A stretch of 57,062 nt of DNA, taken from contig NW_014040463.1 of assembly GCF_001186125.1 (NCBI RefSeq), forward strand, positions 75,722-132,783. Direction: 5' to 3'. A program made the position numbers and the translations under genes. The notes below the pieces were generated by a model. That model worked only from the letters and a program-made list of their open reading frames with translations, searched no databases and had not been told where the DNA came from. Shown here piece after piece: positions 54,350 to 57,062 of this stretch. How positions within the stretch are numbered: the stretch's first letter is position 1; each line of letters begins with the position of its first letter. This DNA comes from Sphaeroforma arctica JP610 (lineage: Eukaryota).

Positions 54350-56490
54350 GACCATTCCTTAGTAGCTTTCGAAGTTAATAAAACTCTTGCCAACCGCGCA
54401 CGTACCGCTAGCGGCCTTTGGGCAAATGGTGAATCCCGAAACAACTAATTAAGTGTCCCACCGTCTCCATCTCCGACTCTGTATGTTTTTCTGCATGAAA
54501 TTAGTCTATGTATGTGCGAAGTAGCCTTACTACTTTCCTTTTGTAGCCAAGTACATGCATTACGGGACCTTCATGTGCTGTGACCGTAGCTGGGTAATAC
54601 CACTTGGCCCGCAACTTATGACTACCTATGTCTTTCCAGAAACGAACTATCGTTCCCACCGGTAGTTGTGGGGTCTCAATTCTACCCCTGTCCGTATCCC
54701 TCTGCTGGGCTAATCTTTTACGTTAATCCAGTCTCACTGCTATCCTATCTCTTACCAGCGTGCTCAAACCAGTGTCATTCACAAGCATTTCACCAATTTT
54801 AACTTGTAAAGACATTCGTTGAGGTCCATCATATATCCTCCCAGTATGTAGGAAGTATGGTGAGAAGCCTGTCTGCGGCACAACTGCTGCATTGTATGCC
54901 AGGGCTGCCGCATACACTTTGTGCACCCAGTCATGGTAAGTTGAAGAGTCATTAAGACTCGCTGTCCACTCGGATAATTTGCGGATTGCTCATTCCGCTC
55001 TCCCATTTCTTACATGGTGCCCAGTTGTACTTAAATGTACATAGATGCCATTGTTCAAGGCAAACTGCTCAAATACCAAACTATCAAATTCGGTTCCTTT
55101 GTCAGCAGCTTTTCTTCTGGGTAGTCCCCATGAGAGTTTTTATTATCTCACGAATTTTATGATTCCCAGTGTATTCCGCAAAGTCGCCGTAAATGCACTA
55201 ATCCTTAGCAATTTGGACATTTCATTAACTAGAACCAATACCGAAGTTTCTCCCTTTGGGGCTTGAGGTAAGTCTACAAAGTCATTACTCCAATTTGCTG
55301 TTATTTGTATGGTTTGTTCCGGTTGCTGTAATAGTCCTAAAGCTTCTGGAGGAGGCCTCCCATATTGTTGATAAGGTGTCCACACTCTTCCTATCATTCT
55401 TATCTGCGCACGAAGTCCTTTCCACCCAAGCACGTCCTCTGTCAGATGCTCTAGTCTCTTCTGTGCCGCATGAGCATAAGTTACGTGCGAATATTGCAAT
55501 GCCTTTACCACTTGTGCTCCCGTCAGCGCTGTTCCCCATATTGTCCTAGAGGGGCACTGCATTAAGATAGGCCAGGGATCAACCTTTCCAGGTACTGCGA
55601 TCTGCTTGGGTCGTGAGACTCTTACGCCTTCTTGCATTAATTCTTTCTGCACAGCTTGCTCAGCTTGCCCCTTTTCGCCCAGCATTGTAGCCATTGGTGT
55701 CTTAGTTGCCTGATGCTCCACGTATCATTTCTCTGCGCGCGTAATGGATTGTTCCAACACCGATCGTTCCACGAACTGCACTGGCTCACATGCACCTATG
55801 AATTTCGCCGCCGCCTCCTGTGTCTTACCCACTCTCACATTTTTTTTTGGATTGACTAGCTACAATGGTTGTTTCTCTAGTTCTGGCGCTTCCTGAGACG
55901 CTTTCACCACTTCTTGGCGTTGCAATATCTCACAGTCATTCCATAAGTTTTTTTATTTGCTTGAACTTGCGTGGCCCAAGCCTACATATTATGGTTACAA
56001 AGGAAGGGGGTCCAGTTTCATCATGACCGTGCTTGTTGAATACTTAGTGTGTGGCCAGTAAGAGCAAGACAGAGTACACCACGCCTTCTCTGCTTGTGCC
56101 TTTTACAGTACCATCGACAACAATGTCCAGTGTGGGTTAAAGAACCAATTTATAGTAGGGTCGCCCCAGTGCATACAAAACACACCTCCTTCTAAGCTAG
56201 GCACACAGTAGAAAGGTAGCACTTGGTTACCTGGCAATGCGAATCCATCAGCGGGATGTGGCCCCCATAGTTTCTCAGCTCGCTTAAAGTACTGAGATGT
56301 CAACTGGTATTCTATTGTCGACGCTATACTAATCGATGGTTCTGAAAAATTAACTCGCAAATCCTTGTTTTCTCTTGATATCCGCATAATAGGATCTAGG
56401 GTAACACATAGCCGAGACATTACATCGGCCACTGGATTTTGATCTCCAGGTATGGGAATGATTTCTACCTCAAAGTCTCTGATCACATCA
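54350..56490 (-). mobile_element. 5'-truncated, heavily decayed second Ty3/Gypsy-type element: RNase H end, Dam-like MTase, integrase
   Basis: DFEVEIIPIPGDQNPVADVMSR (RNase H end); MTase motifs; HVTYAH (zinc-finger start), WSNDFVDLP, DKGTEFDS, AYNAAVVPQTGFSPYFLHTGR, KLRAKWYYP. Confidence 0.88.
55990..56312 (-). pseudogene. Dam-like N6-adenine methyltransferase domain of the second element
   Basis: EYQLTSQYFKRAEKLWGPHPADGFALPGNQVLPFYC...GVFCMHWGDPTINWFFNPHWTLLSMVL*KAQAEKAWCTLSCSYWPHTKY. Confidence 0.82.
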
Positions 56491-56505
56491 TAATATCAAC
56501 CAAAA

Positions 56506-56607
56506 TGATTTCTTGGGAAAATTCTGTCTGAAAATGGAGCTGCTTGGAGAATATGGCATGGCATAAGTACATCGCCCTTATTTTATCTTTATGTAGTATC
56601 GGAGCAA
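56506..56607. repeat. Satellite-like repeat fragment that shows the empty insertion site
   Basis: gaaaattctgtctgaaaatggagctgcttggagaatatggcatggcataagtacatcgccc spans the point where the LTR element interrupts the other copy. Confidence 0.88.
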
Positions 56608-57062
56608 TGAAACAGAATACTAAAATGTTTACAATTGTCTTTAAACTGGATTTTAAACAACTGATCCTTTTGGATCATTGTTCCACTCTTTAATAAGGCT
56701 TTTGTCCGACTATGTATTATAACTACATCTAGTTACAATACCTAATATTCGGTATTTCGCCCTTTAAGCTAAAATTCTTCTAAAACGAAAAGAGACTTTA
56801 AACCCTATTGGCTTTTAAAGGTCATAAAACGAGAACATTTCATGTTTCGCCGGATAAGTCAATGCTTTTAACCTCAAGGAAGTCATGCTTGAACCAAGCT
56901 GACAGTCCTCTAATGTGTAACTGTGGGTAATCAGTTTCGCACGAGGAAGATAAGTATTTCTTAACGTGATTTCGTTATCAGAATATATTTATCTCATTTG
57001 CTAGTGATGGAAAACGAAATGATTTAATTCGAGGGAAACCCCTCACTAGGACTCCAAACAAT

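Overview
Eukaryotic genomic DNA with GT-AG introns and long (AT)n/(GT)n microsatellites. The style suggests a unicellular opisthokont such as an ichthyosporean, but that is inference only. The left ~31 kb is gene-dense: a FAF1/UBX-type gene, RPS9, an intronless Ser/Thr kinase, a CS-domain (NudC/p23-like) gene, CHMP1/Did2, NOP58 and a 2H-phosphoesterase-like gene. The right ~21 kb is mostly decayed mobile DNA: a hAT transposase relic, an 8.3-kb Ty3/Gypsy chromovirus-type LTR retrotransposon (TG...CA ends, 4-bp TSD), a Copia RNase H relic, fragments of a ~176-bp satellite-like repeat and the 3' half of a second, divergent Gypsy-type element. The main finding is that both Gypsy-type elements carry a Dam-like DNA N6-adenine methyltransferase domain in Pol, between RNase H and the DDE integrase. 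I know this domain from tyrosine-recombinase (DIRS) retroelements, not from integrase-encoding LTR elements. All calls come from reading motifs by eye; no database searches were run.
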